From positions 138,529 to 202,528 of the forward strand of contig CAVQJC010000015.1 of NCBI GenBank assembly GCA_963712745.1: 64,000 nt of DNA, written 5' to 3'. A program made the position numbers and the translations under genes. The notes beneath the pieces were generated by a model that saw nothing but the letters and a program-made list of their open reading frames with translations, had not been told where the DNA came from and made no database searches. The DNA comes from an uncultured Chloroflexia bacterium (lineage in GTDB: Bacteria > Chloroflexota > Limnocylindria > Limnocylindrales > CSP1-4). Shown piece by piece: positions 10,308 through 24,617 of the stretch. Every line of letters begins with the position of its first letter. Positions within the stretch are counted from its first letter, which is position 1.

Positions 10308-10345
10308 GGCTCGCCTCGCGTCAGCGGCTCGCCTCGCGTCAGCGG
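10308..10345. repeat. 18-bp tandem duplication
   Basis: GGCTCGCCTCGCGTCAGC x2. Confidence 0.85.
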
Positions 10346-10492
10346 AGCCCAGGCTTCGGTCGGGACGGGGGTCGCGGCCAGCGTCAGGCCCGCCAGCGCG
10401 CCCAGGACCACCCAGTCGCGCGTCCGGCCAAGACCGCCAAGGCGCTCGGAGAAGGCCCGAAGCCAGGCAGGATGAGCGGCCGTGGGCAGTTT

Positions 10493-11539
10493 CTACTCCA
10501 CGCCCAGGACGACGAAGAGCGAGAGGCTCACCAGCGCGAGCATGACCGCCACGGCAAGGCCCATGATGAACGGGGCCGGCCCCGTCTGGCGCAGCGACGC
10601 CAGCTTGGTCGAGAGGCCCACGCCCACGAGCGCCATGACGATGAAGACCCCGGAGATACGGACGAGGGCGTCGGCTACCTCCTCGGGGATGAAGCCGGCG
10701 CTGTTGACGAGCGCCAGCGCCAGGAAGCCGAGCAGGAACGGGGGCACCGCCTTGCGCGCCGACTTCAGCCAACTGCGGCGCTCATCCGGGCTCGGCGCGC
10801 TTGACGAACCGCCATCTTCGCGGCCGGCGAACCACATCCCCACCGCGAAGATGACCGGCACCATCAGCGTGTTGCGGGTGAGCTTGACGATGGTAGCGGT
10901 CTCGCCGGCCTCGACCGAGTAGCTGAAGGCGGTGGCGGTGACTTGGCTGGTGTCGTTGACGGCCGCACCGGCCCAGTGCCCGAAGAGCACGTCCGACATG
11001 CCCAGTGCGTGCCCGATGAGCGGATAGACGATGACGGCTGCGGTGCCGAAGAGAGTGATGGTGGCGACCGCGAACGAAAGGTCGCGCTCCTCGGCCTTGA
11101 TCACGGGGGCGGTCGCGGCGATGGCGGTGTTGCCGCAGATGGCCGTGCCTACGCCGATGAGCGCGGAGAGCTTCGGCGACAGGCCCAGGGCGCGCCCCAG
11201 CGCCAGCGTCACCACCAGCACCAGCACGATATCGATGACCAGCACCGCGATGGCGCCAAGACCGGTCGAGAGGATGTCGGCGAGCGACAGTCGAGCGCCG
11301 AGCAGGACGATGCCGATGGGCAGGAACCAGCTACGCGCCAGCTTGGCCCCGGGGTCGATGGCGGGGCTGGGCCGCAGGTTGGCCACGATGATGCCGAGGA
11401 AGAGGCCGACTGTGACCGCACCGAAGATGCCCGGAAGGACGAGTGTGGAAGCGTAGGCCACGACGGCCAACACGACGACCAGGAGCAGTCCGGGCGCGGT
11501 TTGGGCGAGGGCGTCCCGACGAAACACATCGGGAACCAT
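10493..11539 (-). CDS. YeiH/PSE family putative sulfate exporter
   Basis: IGVGTAICGNTAIAATAP, WAGAAVNDTSQV, ATIVKLTRN. Confidence 0.9.
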   Translation of the reverse strand: MVPDVFRRDALAQTAPGLLLVVVLAVVAYASTLVLPGIFGAVTVGLFLGIIVANLRPSPAIDPGAKLARSWFLPIGIVLLGARLSLADILSTGLGAIAVLVIDIVLVLVVTLALGRALGLSPKLSALIGVGTAICGNTAIAATAPVIKAEERDLSFAVATITLFGTAAVIVYPLIGHALGMSDVLFGHWAGAAVNDTSQVTATAFSYSVEAGETATIVKLTRNTLMVPVIFAVGMWFAGREDGGSSSAPSPDERRSWLKSARKAVPPFLLGFLALALVNSAGFIPEEVADALVRISGVFIVMALVGVGLSTKLASLRQTGPAPFIMGLAVAVMLALVSLSLFVVLGVE

Positions 11540-11606
11540 AGCGTCCGGTGGTGTCGCGCAAGCCGCCGGCCCGTCCGGCCCCGGCGGTCGGCGTGATGTG
11601 GGGTCG

Positions 11607-12125
11607 CTAGCCGGTAGGCTCGGCCCAGACGACGCCGGGGCCCAGCAGGATGCTCACGTCGCGTCGCTCCTTGGAGCTCGCGTCACGGACCTCGTGGGCC
11701 ACGAAGGCGCCAAAGCCCTGGCGGGTGCGCATCGACTCTGCCATCACCTCCGCAGCCACGTTGCTGGGCAGGAAGCCCACCTGCCGGCTGTCGTCGCCGG
11801 TCCAGACGGCGATGGCAAATCGATCCTGCGGCTGAGCGTCGGGCTTGAGCAGCACGCGCTGGCCGACTTGGAGGGCCGGATGCTGAAGCCCGTCGAAGTC
11901 CATGACGCCGGCTACCTCGGACAGGCGGCAGCCAGCCTCGACGAGAGCTCGCGGCAACTCATGCTCCTCCAACCAGTTGCCGCCGTCTTCACTGAAGCGC
12001 AGGCCGCGCGCCTCGATCCCGGAGTCGATCGCGCCCCACCACTCGGGCAGCACGGCGGCCAAAGACGCTGAGCCGGCGTGGACGATGAACTGCTGGCGCT
12101 GCGGGCGATGCTTCGGCTGTGTCAT
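11607..12125 (-). CDS. HIRAN-domain protein
   Basis: VAGV...LQVGQRVLLKPD...DRFAIAVW...QVGFLP. Confidence 0.65.
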   Translation of the reverse strand: MTQPKHRPQRQQFIVHAGSASLAAVLPEWWGAIDSGIEARGLRFSEDGGNWLEEHELPRALVEAGCRLSEVAGVMDFDGLQHPALQVGQRVLLKPDAQPQDRFAIAVWTGDDSRQVGFLPSNVAAEVMAESMRTRQGFGAFVAHEVRDASSKERRDVSILLGPGVVWAEPTG

Positions 12126-12228
12126 CTGGCGGGATCCCTCGGTATACGGGCGAATGACAACAGCGTAACTCGGAGCGCGCTGCAGTGGACTGCAGGGTGC
12201 AGTGGCGCCGGCCGCCGCCTGGCTACCG

Positions 12229-12513
12229 TCAGCGCATGAGCAGTCTGATCCCGGCTCGGGCCACTCGGCGCACGAGGTTGACCGCGAATGCGATCACGAG
12301 CAGCGACAGCCCTGAGGAGCCGGCCGGCGTGGCCACCCAGGCCAGGCGTTGATAGCCCATGGCCTCCTCGGCCTCGACGGCAGGGGTGCGCTCCCAATCT
12401 TCGAACGGGTCCTCGTCCGGTCGGCCGAGCGCTTCCGGCCCGCCGGCGGCATCTCCTCCATCGGCCGTGCCCGGTCGGCTCCGGCGGCGCGAGCCGCGTC
12501 GTTGCTGGATCAC
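12229..12513 (-). CDS. Small protein with C-terminal membrane helix
   Basis: GTG preceded by GGGGGAAG; hydrophobic C-terminus; operator and -35 element upstream. Confidence 0.4.
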   Translation of the reverse strand: MIQQRRGSRRRSRPGTADGGDAAGGPEALGRPDEDPFEDWERTPAVEAEEAMGYQRLAWVATPAGSSGLSLLVIAFAVNLVRRVARAGIRLLMR

Positions 12514-12570
12514 CGTGCTTCCCCCAACGTGCGAGCGTTTCTGACCCCATCGTGCGCCCCTTGACCGCAG

Positions 12571-12590
12571 AGTCAAGTGACCGAAGTCCC
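12571..12590 (-). promoter_or_regulatory. GGGACTTCGGTCAC operator abutting TTGACT (-35)
   Basis: Same module as upstream of the riboswitch-like cassettes. Confidence 0.5.
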
Positions 12591-12649
12591 TGGCGACACA
12601 GCAGACGCCCGCGGGGTCGTAGCTGAGCTGGACCGGGTGGCGCGGTGCG

Positions 12650-14116
12650 CTAACGGGCGAGGGCGACGTCGCTGCGGGCGAGATCCTTGGCCGCCAGCAG
12701 TGACGGCCGGCCGGTGAGGTACTCATCGACCGCACGGGCACATTCCCGGCCCTCGCTGATGGCCCACACCACGAGCGACTGGCCGCGACGCATGTCGCCG
12801 GCCACGAACACGCCCTGGCGCGAGGTGGCGTAGCCCGACGAGGCGCAGTTGCCACGGTCGTCCTTCTCGACGCCGAAATCGTCGAGGACGGCGTGCTCAG
12901 GATGAAGGAAACCCATGGCCAGCAGCACCAGCTGCGCCGGCAACTCGTACTCGGAGTCGGCCACCTCCTTGGGGTGTCCCTGACTCCAGTCGCCGCGCAC
13001 CGCACGGATGGCCCGAAGCGCGCCCGTATCGTCGGTCAGGAACTCCTTGGACATCACCGCCCAGTCACGCTCGGCACCCTCGGCCTGCGAGGTCGAGGTC
13101 GAAAGCCCGCGCGGACCTGGGTGGGTCGGCCAGGGAGTGGCCTCGGTCCGGCCCTCGGGCGGCTTGGGCATGATCTCGATCTGCGTGACCGAGCGTGCGC
13201 CCTGGCGGATGGACGTTCCGACACAGTCGGAGCCGGTGTCGCCGCCGCCGATGACGACCACGTCCTTGCCGGTGGCCAGGATGTCGGTCCCCTCGGGGAT
13301 GGCGTCACCGGCCACGCGCCGGTTGGACTGGGCCAGGAAGTCCATGGCGAACTCGACGCCGTCGGACAGACGCCCGGGGATGGGCAGGTCGCGAGGCTTG
13401 GTCGAACCACCGGCCAGCACGACTGCGTCGTACTTGGCCTGCAGCTGGGAGGCCGGGTAGTCCACGCCGACGTGTGTTCCCGTGCGGAAGACCACGCCCT
13501 CGTCAAGCATCAGGTTGATTCGCCGGTCGAGCACGCGCTTGCCGAGCTTGAAGTCGGGGATGCCGTAGCGCAGCAGGCCACCCGGTCGGTCGGCTCGTTC
13601 GAAGACGACCACCTGGTGGCCGGCACGGTTGAGCTGGTCGGCAGCGGCCAGACCGGCCGGGCCCGAGCCGATGACCGCCACCCGCTTGCCCGTGCGCTCC
13701 GCCGGCGGCCGCGGCGAGGCCCAGCCCTCCTCGAAGGCCTTCTCGATGATCGCCAGCTCGATGTTCTTGATGGTCACGGCCGGCTTGTTGATGGCCAGCA
13801 CACAGGCCGACTCGCACGGGGCCGGACAGACCCGCCCGGTGAACTCGGGGAAGTTGTTGGTGGAGTAGAGCGCCTTCAGCGCCCGCTCCCATTTGCCGCG
13901 GTAGACGTGGTCGTTGAAGTCGGGGATGACGTTGGCCAGGGGGCAGCCGCTGTGACAGAAGGGCACGCCGCAGTTCATGCAGCGAGCGCCCTGCTCTTCC
14001 ACCTCCGTCTGCGCCATGGGCAGGGCGAACTCCTGCCAGTGGCGGATACGCTCGTCGACCGGCTCGTAGCCGGGGACCTTGCGCTCGAACTCCTTGAAGC
14101 CTGTGTCCTTGCCCAT
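12650..14116 (-). CDS. gltD: Glutamate synthase small subunit
   Basis: [46 protein letters not shown]. Confidence 0.95.
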   Translation of the reverse strand: MGKDTGFKEFERKVPGYEPVDERIRHWQEFALPMAQTEVEEQGARCMNCGVPFCHSGCPLANVIPDFNDHVYRGKWERALKALYSTNNFPEFTGRVCPAPCESACVLAINKPAVTIKNIELAIIEKAFEEGWASPRPPAERTGKRVAVIGSGPAGLAAADQLNRAGHQVVVFERADRPGGLLRYGIPDFKLGKRVLDRRINLMLDEGVVFRTGTHVGVDYPASQLQAKYDAVVLAGGSTKPRDLPIPGRLSDGVEFAMDFLAQSNRRVAGDAIPEGTDILATGKDVVVIGGGDTGSDCVGTSIRQGARSVTQIEIMPKPPEGRTEATPWPTHPGPRGLSTSTSQAEGAERDWAVMSKEFLTDDTGALRAIRAVRGDWSQGHPKEVADSEYELPAQLVLLAMGFLHPEHAVLDDFGVEKDDRGNCASSGYATSRQGVFVAGDMRRGQSLVVWAISEGRECARAVDEYLTGRPSLLAAKDLARSDVALAR

Positions 14117-14129
14117 GCCGCTCCCTGCC

Positions 14130-18642
<4,513 letters not shown>

Positions 18643-18746
18643 GGCGATCCTGCCTGGGTACGTTCGCCCGGAGGGCGACGTAGAGAGGGTTACCCAGCCT
18701 TCCGGGAACCCCTGCCGCCGTCCCCGGACTCGTGGGTGGACCCCGA

Positions 18747-18775
18747 ACTGTATGGAACGCGAGCGTCGCGGTCAA
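18747..18775 (-). promoter_or_regulatory. Sigma70-type promoter of gltBD
   Basis: TTGACC-17 nt-TACAGT; implies a ~100-nt structured leader. Confidence 0.6.
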
Positions 18776-18854
18776 ACGCGCGCTGTGGTGCGGGGGTTCG
18801 GCGCGGGCTCGGGCCGGGCGATCATGGTGCCTTCGAGCACCACCGTGGGCCCGC

Positions 18855-19442
18855 TCAGGGTCGCTCGTAGAAGCCCAACAGCGTGGCCTCGGCCAGGACG
18901 TGGTCGTGGATGGCCTCGATGACGGTGAGCTTGTCCGCGCCGGGCTCCCATCCGAGCTCCACGTCAAGCGCCAAGACCTTGAACACGTAGCGATGCGTGC
19001 CGTTGGGCGGACAGGGTCCACCGTAGCCGGTTCGGCCCCACGAGTTGGTGCCCGGCGTGCCCAGCGCCTCCACGTCCTCGGCGATCTCAGCCACCGGTTC
19101 GATGTCGTACTCGACCCAGTGGTCCCAGGTGCCGGCCGGGGCGTCGGGGTCGTCCACGAGCAGGGCCAGCGAGACGGTCCCGGTCGGGATGTCATCGATG
19201 GACAGCGGCGGTGAGACGTCGATCCCATCACAGGTGTAGCGCTCGGGGATGTCACCCTCGTGCTCGAACGCGGTCGATGTGATTCGCATGGTCTTCTCCT
19301 CGCTGACCGGCGACTCCTGCGGCGCCGACTCTAGGTGCGGATCGGGACTGAGGACCGGGTCGGGGCTTTGGGCCACGACCTCGGCGGCCATGACGAGCGC
19401 CAGAAGGAGGCCGGACCCGACCCGGACGGCACTGCTCAGCAT
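18855..19442 (-). CDS. YbhB/YbcL (PEBP/RKIP-like) protein with signal peptide
   Basis: IPERYTCDG.DVSPPL, DDPDAP.GTWDHW, YGGPCPP.G.HRY. Confidence 0.9.
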   Translation of the reverse strand: MLSSAVRVGSGLLLALVMAAEVVAQSPDPVLSPDPHLESAPQESPVSEEKTMRITSTAFEHEGDIPERYTCDGIDVSPPLSIDDIPTGTVSLALLVDDPDAPAGTWDHWVEYDIEPVAEIAEDVEALGTPGTNSWGRTGYGGPCPPNGTHRYVFKVLALDVELGWEPGADKLTVIEAIHDHVLAEATLLGFYERP

Positions 19443-19633
19443 GTCACCTGCAGGATGGCCGAGATTCGGGCCAGGTCAAGGGGCCATCGGCACAGCCACC
19501 GGCCCGAGGTTCCGCGGTGACCGTGAGATGTAACCGATATCTCACTCGCCCGCTACGCCCCTGTCCGAGCGCGGGCGATAGGCTCGAAGGACCGCGCGGC
19601 AGGCACGCCACGAAGTGTCACGCCGAACCAGGG

Positions 19634-19888
19634 ATGGAGGCCAGCTTGCAGTCGAAGGGTGATCAGGACCAGCGCCGAACGGCTGCAGCACGGGCCATGT
19701 GGGATGAGCTGGCCGTTCAGGCCAAGACGGTCCACTGCCCGACCCACTTTGCCCAGCCCTGGCGCGTCACCGTCCTCGGTGACGCACCGGCGGACTTCCG
19801 GCTATACGTCTCTGGCTGCTGCCCCCGCATCGGCGAGGCCGTCACCGAGATGATCCGCAAGGACCCTCGCGTCGCCGCGACCCGCTAG
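19634..19888 (+). CDS. Small hypothetical protein with CPxH and GCC motifs
   Basis: 84 aa with GC-rich codon pattern; possible metal ligands. Confidence 0.5.
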   Translation: MEASLQSKGDQDQRRTAAARAMWDELAVQAKTVHCPTHFAQPWRVTVLGDAPADFRLYVSGCCPRIGEAVTEMIRKDPRVAATR

Positions 19889-19971
19889 GTTCCGCCGGCC
19901 AGGACCGGGTTCGAGCGGCCGGCAACTTGCCTTCTGGGGGACACTTGGCGACTTCCGACCGTCTATGGGGC

Positions 19972-20517
19972 ATGGAGGTCATGACGGGAGCGTTCGACCG
20001 CGAACTCACCGGGGTCATCGCATCAGCGGCCAGGGGCGACGAGGTCGCCTTCGGCCAGATCGTTGCGGCATACCACGCGGACATGCACCGCGTATGCGTC
20101 TTCGTCTGCGGCGACCAGTCCGTGGCCGAGGATGCGGTCCAGGCAGCGTGGGCCATCGCCTGGCGCAAGCTCGACTCCGTCCGCGATGGCAGCCGGCTCA
20201 AGCCCTGGCTGGTGTCGGTCGCGGTCAACCAGGCCCGCGATCTCATGCGCAAACGGCGACGGCAAGCGGAGATCGAGGTCCTCGCGGAGCGCGGGCGTGA
20301 GCAGGGCGGCATCGACCCGGCCACCGGCATCGATGCGCTCGATATGCGACATGCCCTCCTGGCCCTCAAGCCCGAAGACCGGGCGCTGCTGGCCATGCGC
20401 TACGTGGCCGGCTTCAACGCGACCGAGCTGTCCAACGCACTCGGCATCAGCCCATCCGGCGTGCGCAACCGGCTGGAACGACTGACCGCGCGCCTGCGCG
20501 AGGAGCTCGAGGCATGA
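19972..20517 (+). CDS. ECF-type RNA polymerase sigma factor
   Basis: GD..AF..IV..Y, AEDAVQ..W..AW, WL..VAVNQARD, region-4 HTH; CGTCTA 6 nt before ATG. Confidence 0.9.
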   Translation: MEVMTGAFDRELTGVIASAARGDEVAFGQIVAAYHADMHRVCVFVCGDQSVAEDAVQAAWAIAWRKLDSVRDGSRLKPWLVSVAVNQARDLMRKRRRQAEIEVLAERGREQGGIDPATGIDALDMRHALLALKPEDRALLAMRYVAGFNATELSNALGISPSGVRNRLERLTARLREELEA

Positions 20518-21176
20518 CCGACAAGAACGCCTTCGACCGCCAGCTCGCGCGGGAGATCGAAAATCTCTCCGGCCCCGTGCCTCGCGTGGACGTCAGGACC
20601 ATCGTGGCCGAGGCGGCCCGGCCCGCGATGCGCCCACGCTGGGCCTGGCTGGGCGGCTCGCTCCGGCTCGCTGCGGCCACCGCGGTCATCGCCCTCTTCG
20701 GCGCGGTGCTCGTGCTGGGCTTCATGCGCAGCGGTGAGCAGGGAGTCATGCTGCCGCCGGGCGCTTCGTCGTCACCCCTACCTCTTCCCTCCCCCTCCGT
20801 CGGGGGCTCCGTCCCGGTCAGCGGGACGTGGGTCCTGCCCGATCCGCCGACCTGCGAGACAGCCATGGCCCCGGTGGACGAGCCGATGATGCTGTCGGCC
20901 ACGACCTGTCACGGGCTCCGCGTGCAGGCTGACGACCCGCGCCTCAGCGGAGAGGGAAGCACCAGGCAGGAGGTGTGGGCGGACGATCTGCCGACGCCGG
21001 AGGTGTGGAGCCTCGTCAACGCCGGCGGCACGTGGACCAGCCAGCGCTACCACGACCACGACCGCTTCGTCTTCGTCGGCGAAGGCGGCTACGACGGTCT
21101 CACCGCGGTCGTGACCCTGGCTGAGGACGGGAGCCTGCATGGCTTCGTTCGCGTCGGCCAGCCACGCGGGGACTGA
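20514..21176 (+). CDS. Putative membrane anti-sigma factor with extracytoplasmic DPRxSG-family domain
   Basis: ATGA overlap with the sigma gene; one TM; C-terminal ADDPRLSG...LVNAGGTW...VGEGGYDGLT. Confidence 0.7.
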   Translation: MTDKNAFDRQLAREIENLSGPVPRVDVRTIVAEAARPAMRPRWAWLGGSLRLAAATAVIALFGAVLVLGFMRSGEQGVMLPPGASSSPLPLPSPSVGGSVPVSGTWVLPDPPTCETAMAPVDEPMMLSATTCHGLRVQADDPRLSGEGSTRQEVWADDLPTPEVWSLVNAGGTWTSQRYHDHDRFVFVGEGGYDGLTAVVTLAEDGSLHGFVRVGQPRGD

Positions 21177-21356
21177 CCGCATGCTTCGACTGACCACCTA
21201 CCGACGCCCGGGCCTGGTCCCGCGGCGCATGAACCTGGCCCCATGGCCGAGGCCCTTGTCGACTGCTCCATGGAGCGGGCCTCGATGGAACGACCGACGC
21301 GCGAGCCCGGGCTCGAGACCGGCGCCGCACGTCAGCGACGAACAAGGAGAGAACTC

Positions 21357-21908
21357 ATGAAGGTCAAGACGCGCATGCTGGCGGCGGTCGTCGCCGGGCT
21401 TGTGGCCGCATCCATCTCGGGTGTGGCCGCCCAGGAGAGCGATAGCGGCGCCGCGTTCTTCGAGGTGAGCATCAAGCCCGGCGGATCGCCGACCGAGGGC
21501 ACGGAGGGTGATTCGGGCGCTGGCTGGGCAACGTCCATGGGCGCGTCGAACACGGGAATCGCCGTCGACGCGGGCGACCCGCGTGCAAGCGGACTCCTCG
21601 ACACGACACTCAACTCCACGTTCTTCGAGCTGCCGGATGGAGTCATGGAGGTCGGGATCTACTCCTGGCGACTGGCCAACGAAGAAGGAGCGTGGGCCGG
21701 AGGTGGCCCCTTCACCCTGGTCGCCGAAGGTGGCCCGCCCTCGCAGGTAGACGCATCGATGACCCTCATCGGTGAAGGCGCCTACCAGGGTTTGGTGCTG
21801 GAGTTCCACGGTGAAGAGCCCGACGAGAACATGCAGGAAGTATGGTGGGGCGTCATCTACCCCGCCGCCGCGATCTCTCCCGAGCCGGAGGCGATCGCCG
21901 CCGACTAG
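21357..21908 (+). CDS. Secreted DPRxSG-family protein (paralogue 1)
   Basis: SD AAGGAG; signal peptide ending VAAQ; AGDPRASG, LANEEGAW, IGEGAYQGL. Confidence 0.8.
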   Translation: MKVKTRMLAAVVAGLVAASISGVAAQESDSGAAFFEVSIKPGGSPTEGTEGDSGAGWATSMGASNTGIAVDAGDPRASGLLDTTLNSTFFELPDGVMEVGIYSWRLANEEGAWAGGGPFTLVAEGGPPSQVDASMTLIGEGAYQGLVLEFHGEEPDENMQEVWWGVIYPAAAISPEPEAIAAD

Positions 21909-21928
21909 CGACCCGTCCTCCTCCTGCT

Positions 21929-21960
21929 CGTGAGCCGGCCCCAACGCGGGCCGGCTCACG
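21929..21960. terminator. Hairpin between convergent genes
   Basis: CGTGAGCCGGCCC-CAACGC-GGGCCGGCTCACG. Confidence 0.7.
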
Positions 21961-21970
21961 GCTTGTTCGG

Positions 21971-22534
21971 CTAGAACGCCAGTCCCCGTGGCTCCGGCCC
22001 CAGCGGCGGCACGGTCTCGTCGGCCAGGCGGAAGCCGTTGGCCTTGTAGGCCGCGTAGTCGAAGTCCTCACACTCGTCGTAGCCGACCTGGTGGTACGCG
22101 TCGAAACCCTGCCAGTCCTCGTAGCCCTCGCCAAACGAGTGGTCGAGGAACGCGTCGGCCATGGCCATCCCCAGCTTCGGCCCGATGAAGAAGGCGCCCA
22201 TGGCCAGCACGTTGCAGTGGTTCGCGGTGGCGGCGCGCTTGGCCGAAGGCTCACTCTCGCAGACGGCTGCGTGGACGTGTGGGCACTTGCTGGCGGCGAT
22301 GTGGATGCCCATGCCACTGCCGCAGAACGCGAGCCCCTTCTCGAACTCCCGCTCGGCGATCCTCGCGCCGAGCATGAAGCCGGCACGGTGGTACATCGGG
22401 GTCTCTTCGAGGATCGGCGTCAGGTCCTCGACCGTCCAGCCTCGCTGTATCAGGTGCTCCTTGACCGCCTCCTTCAGCGGGTAGCCAGCGAAGTCGGCGC
22501 TGACCACGACGTGCTTGTCCCTGGCTGTCTTCAT
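21971..22534 (-). CDS. RpiB/LacA/LacB family sugar-phosphate isomerase
   Basis: ADFAGYPLK, FCGSGMGIHIAASK, NHCNVLAMG. Confidence 0.85.
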   Translation of the reverse strand: MKTARDKHVVVSADFAGYPLKEAVKEHLIQRGWTVEDLTPILEETPMYHRAGFMLGARIAEREFEKGLAFCGSGMGIHIAASKCPHVHAAVCESEPSAKRAATANHCNVLAMGAFFIGPKLGMAMADAFLDHSFGEGYEDWQGFDAYHQVGYDECEDFDYAAYKANGFRLADETVPPLGPEPRGLAF

Positions 22535-22713
22535 GAGGACTGTCCTTTCCTGCTCCCGCATCGAACGTCCGGTGCGGCTCTCCAGCCCGATCGGCTGGGC
22601 TGCCTTCCTGCGGCCACGATGATGTCTGTGGCTCTTGCAGTCACGCATAGGCCGCGGCCGCCTCGTCGTGACCTGCTGAGCGTGGACCTAGCGTGAGTAT
22701 GGAGGTTCACGGA

Positions 22714-22749
22714 AACGACCTGTCGCTCCAGAACGACCTGTCGCTCCAG
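22714..22749. repeat. 18-bp tandem duplication
   Basis: AACGACCTGTCGCTCCAG x2. Confidence 0.85.
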
Positions 22750-22804
22750 ACTCATCGGCGGGCAGGAAGTCGATGGTCTCGGCGATAGTTGCTGCCGGGC
22801 GGCC

Positions 22805-22818
22805 GTGACCTGGGTCAC
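22805..22818. promoter_or_regulatory. Palindromic operator GTGACCTGGGTCAC (cassette 1)
   Basis: GTGAC-N4-GTCAC at an equivalent position in all four cassettes. Confidence 0.55.
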
Positions 22819-22856
22819 CTGATCGATGCCCCGGCTGGGGAGTCACATGTGTCGTA

Positions 22857-22932
22857 GCGGGAGGCCGTGAAGCCCGACTCGCGTACGTTGGCCGCCCTGA
22901 GTCGCTCCGAGCCATTGGCGAACCGGACCCGT
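22857..22932 (+). ncRNA. c-di-GMP-II-like riboswitch variant, copy 1 (slightly degenerate)
   Basis: GGGAGGCCGTGAAG...TTGGCCGCCCTG...GAGCCATTGGCGAACCGGACCC. Confidence 0.65.
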
Positions 22933-22956
22933 GTGTGAGCACCAGGGAGGTGCGAG

Positions 22957-23488
22957 ATGCGTTCGATGCGATCGATCCCGGCTGCGGTGGTCGTCCTGGT
23001 GCTGCTCGGAGCATGGGCTGCCGCAGTCGCCGCCGAGGACACGGCCGACCCGATGGCCCCGCCCTACTTCACCTACACGGCGGAGCCCGTGGGGGAGTCC
23101 TACATGCCCGGTGGGAGATGGTGCGTGACCACCGGGACATGCGGATGGCGGAGGCAACCGACCCACGGGCCTCGGGTCTTGTCACCCTCAGCGTCAACTC
23201 GAGCCTGGTCGCGCTTGACGAAGGAGGCGGTCTGACGGCGGCGTTGAGTGAACGATTGACCAACGACGGCGGAGCCTGGTCGGGCAGCGGTCGGTTCGTC
23301 ATTGCCGGGGCGGGTACGGGGGGATGACGGCGGCGATGGACAGGCTGACCGGTGAGGGCGGCTATGAGGGCCTGACCCCCATCATGGGCCAGTCCGCAGG
23401 CGCCGACGCGATGGTGAACTGGGGCGTGGTCGTCCCGAGCGACCAGATGCCGCCGATGCCTGACCCCGTGTCGCCCACCACCGAGTAG
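22957..23488 (+). pseudogene. Secreted DPRxSG-family paralogue 2 with two frameshifts
   Basis: Signal peptide plus DPMAPPYFTY in one frame, ATDPRASG...NDGGAWSG in a second, LTGEGGYEGL...PSDQMPPMPDP after the G6 run at 23318-23323. Confidence 0.7.
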
Positions 23489-23600
23489 CCCTGGGAGCGG
23501 ACCTCGATCCGACCATCGACCACGATGGGCTCAGGGCGGCTGTCGCCCGGGACTCGACCAACGTCCTCGACCCTCATCACGGTCGGCCGACGGATCGGCT

Positions 23601-24617
23601 CTAGTGGACAGGCAGGAGTGTCAGTGACTCCGAGATTGCAGCGAACGAGAATCCGGTGTCGCCCCCGCATTCGATGGCATAGAGGACGTCGCGCCCGCCC
23701 GTCCCTCCCGCGTATCGCACCTGGCCGGATACCTCGCTCGAGCGCGGTCCGTCCATCAGGTCGACCCGGTCGCTGGAGTCGGGAAGCATGAGCGTCGGCT
23801 CGAACTCGCTCCCACTCCACCTCGGTGCCCGGTCGTCACCGCTCATGGAGCCGAACCCGTAGCCGTCGAGCGATGTCGCACTTGGGGAGACCGCGAATGT
23901 GACGGAGCAGGTCCGCCGTCGGGATGGATCGAAGGCCCGCAACACCTCCCAGGCCTCGCCCGGCTGGGCGGCTGCCGGGTCGCGTTCGGGTGACAGGACC
24001 TCGACCGACCAGGCGGCCGGCAGGTCGACGGCGAAGCCCGCCCTGGCGAGCTCGACGTGCCCGCCCTCGCGGGCCGGTCCCAGCGGCGGCGGCGGCTGGA
24101 ATGGCCCGGGATCAGCCGGTCTCAAGGCCACGCTGACGACTACGAGCGGAACGAGCACGATCGCCAGGATCACGAGCATCCTCCTGCCGTCGGATGGGTC
24201 TCGTGGTCGCGCGGCCGGCCACGACGACACAAGCTCGTGTCCGACGAAGCCGAACAGGATGAGGCCGAGAGCCCAGGAGGCGATGGCCGGCACGCTCGCT
24301 GCCAGGGACTCGAGAGGCGGCAACACCGTTCGAGTGAGCACGACCAGCAGCTCGAGCGCCCACACCACCATGGTGACCAGGCCCAGGGCGCGAGCCCAGG
24401 CTTGCGCGCGCAGGATGCCGACCGCTGCCACGATGGCCGCGATGCCGGCGACGAGCGAGACCGCCGGGGCATCGAGCGGCGACGGCAGCATGGTGATGCC
24501 ATACCCGTAGCCGTACACCAGGGTCTGCGCGCCCCAGAGCCCGAGCAGGATGGCCGCCACGCGCATCCGCCGTGGCACCAATACCCAGCCTCTCCCTGCA
24601 TCCGGCGAGTGTTCCAT
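23601..24617 (-). CDS. Multi-TM protein with extracytoplasmic GFxVDLPxxW (PsbP-like?) domain
   Basis: About 5 TM helices, then GFAVDLPAAW...TCSV...YAIEC; similar to the 27341-28021 product. Confidence 0.65.
   Translation of the reverse strand: MEHSPDAGRGWVLVPRRMRVAAILLGLWGAQTLVYGYGYGITMLPSPLDAPAVSLVAGIAAIVAAVGILRAQAWARALGLVTMVVWALELLVVLTRTVLPPLESLAASVPAIASWALGLILFGFVGHELVSSWPAARPRDPSDGRRMLVILAIVLVPLVVVSVALRPADPGPFQPPPPLGPAREGGHVELARAGFAVDLPAAWSVEVLSPERDPAAAQPGEAWEVLRAFDPSRRRTCSVTFAVSPSATSLDGYGFGSMSGDDRAPRWSGSEFEPTLMLPDSSDRVDLMDGPRSSEVSGQVRYAGGTGGRDVLYAIECGGDTGFSFAAISESLTLLPVH

Noticed and set aside
21177-21356. Fifth riboswitch copy upstream of paralogue 1
   Set aside because: GC-rich stems exist, but none of the conserved GTGAAG / TTGGCCGCC / GGCGAACCC segments are present.
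23507-23597. Long imperfect hairpin as an sRNA
   Set aside because: It lies between convergent genes and is adequately explained as a terminator or chance GC pairing.
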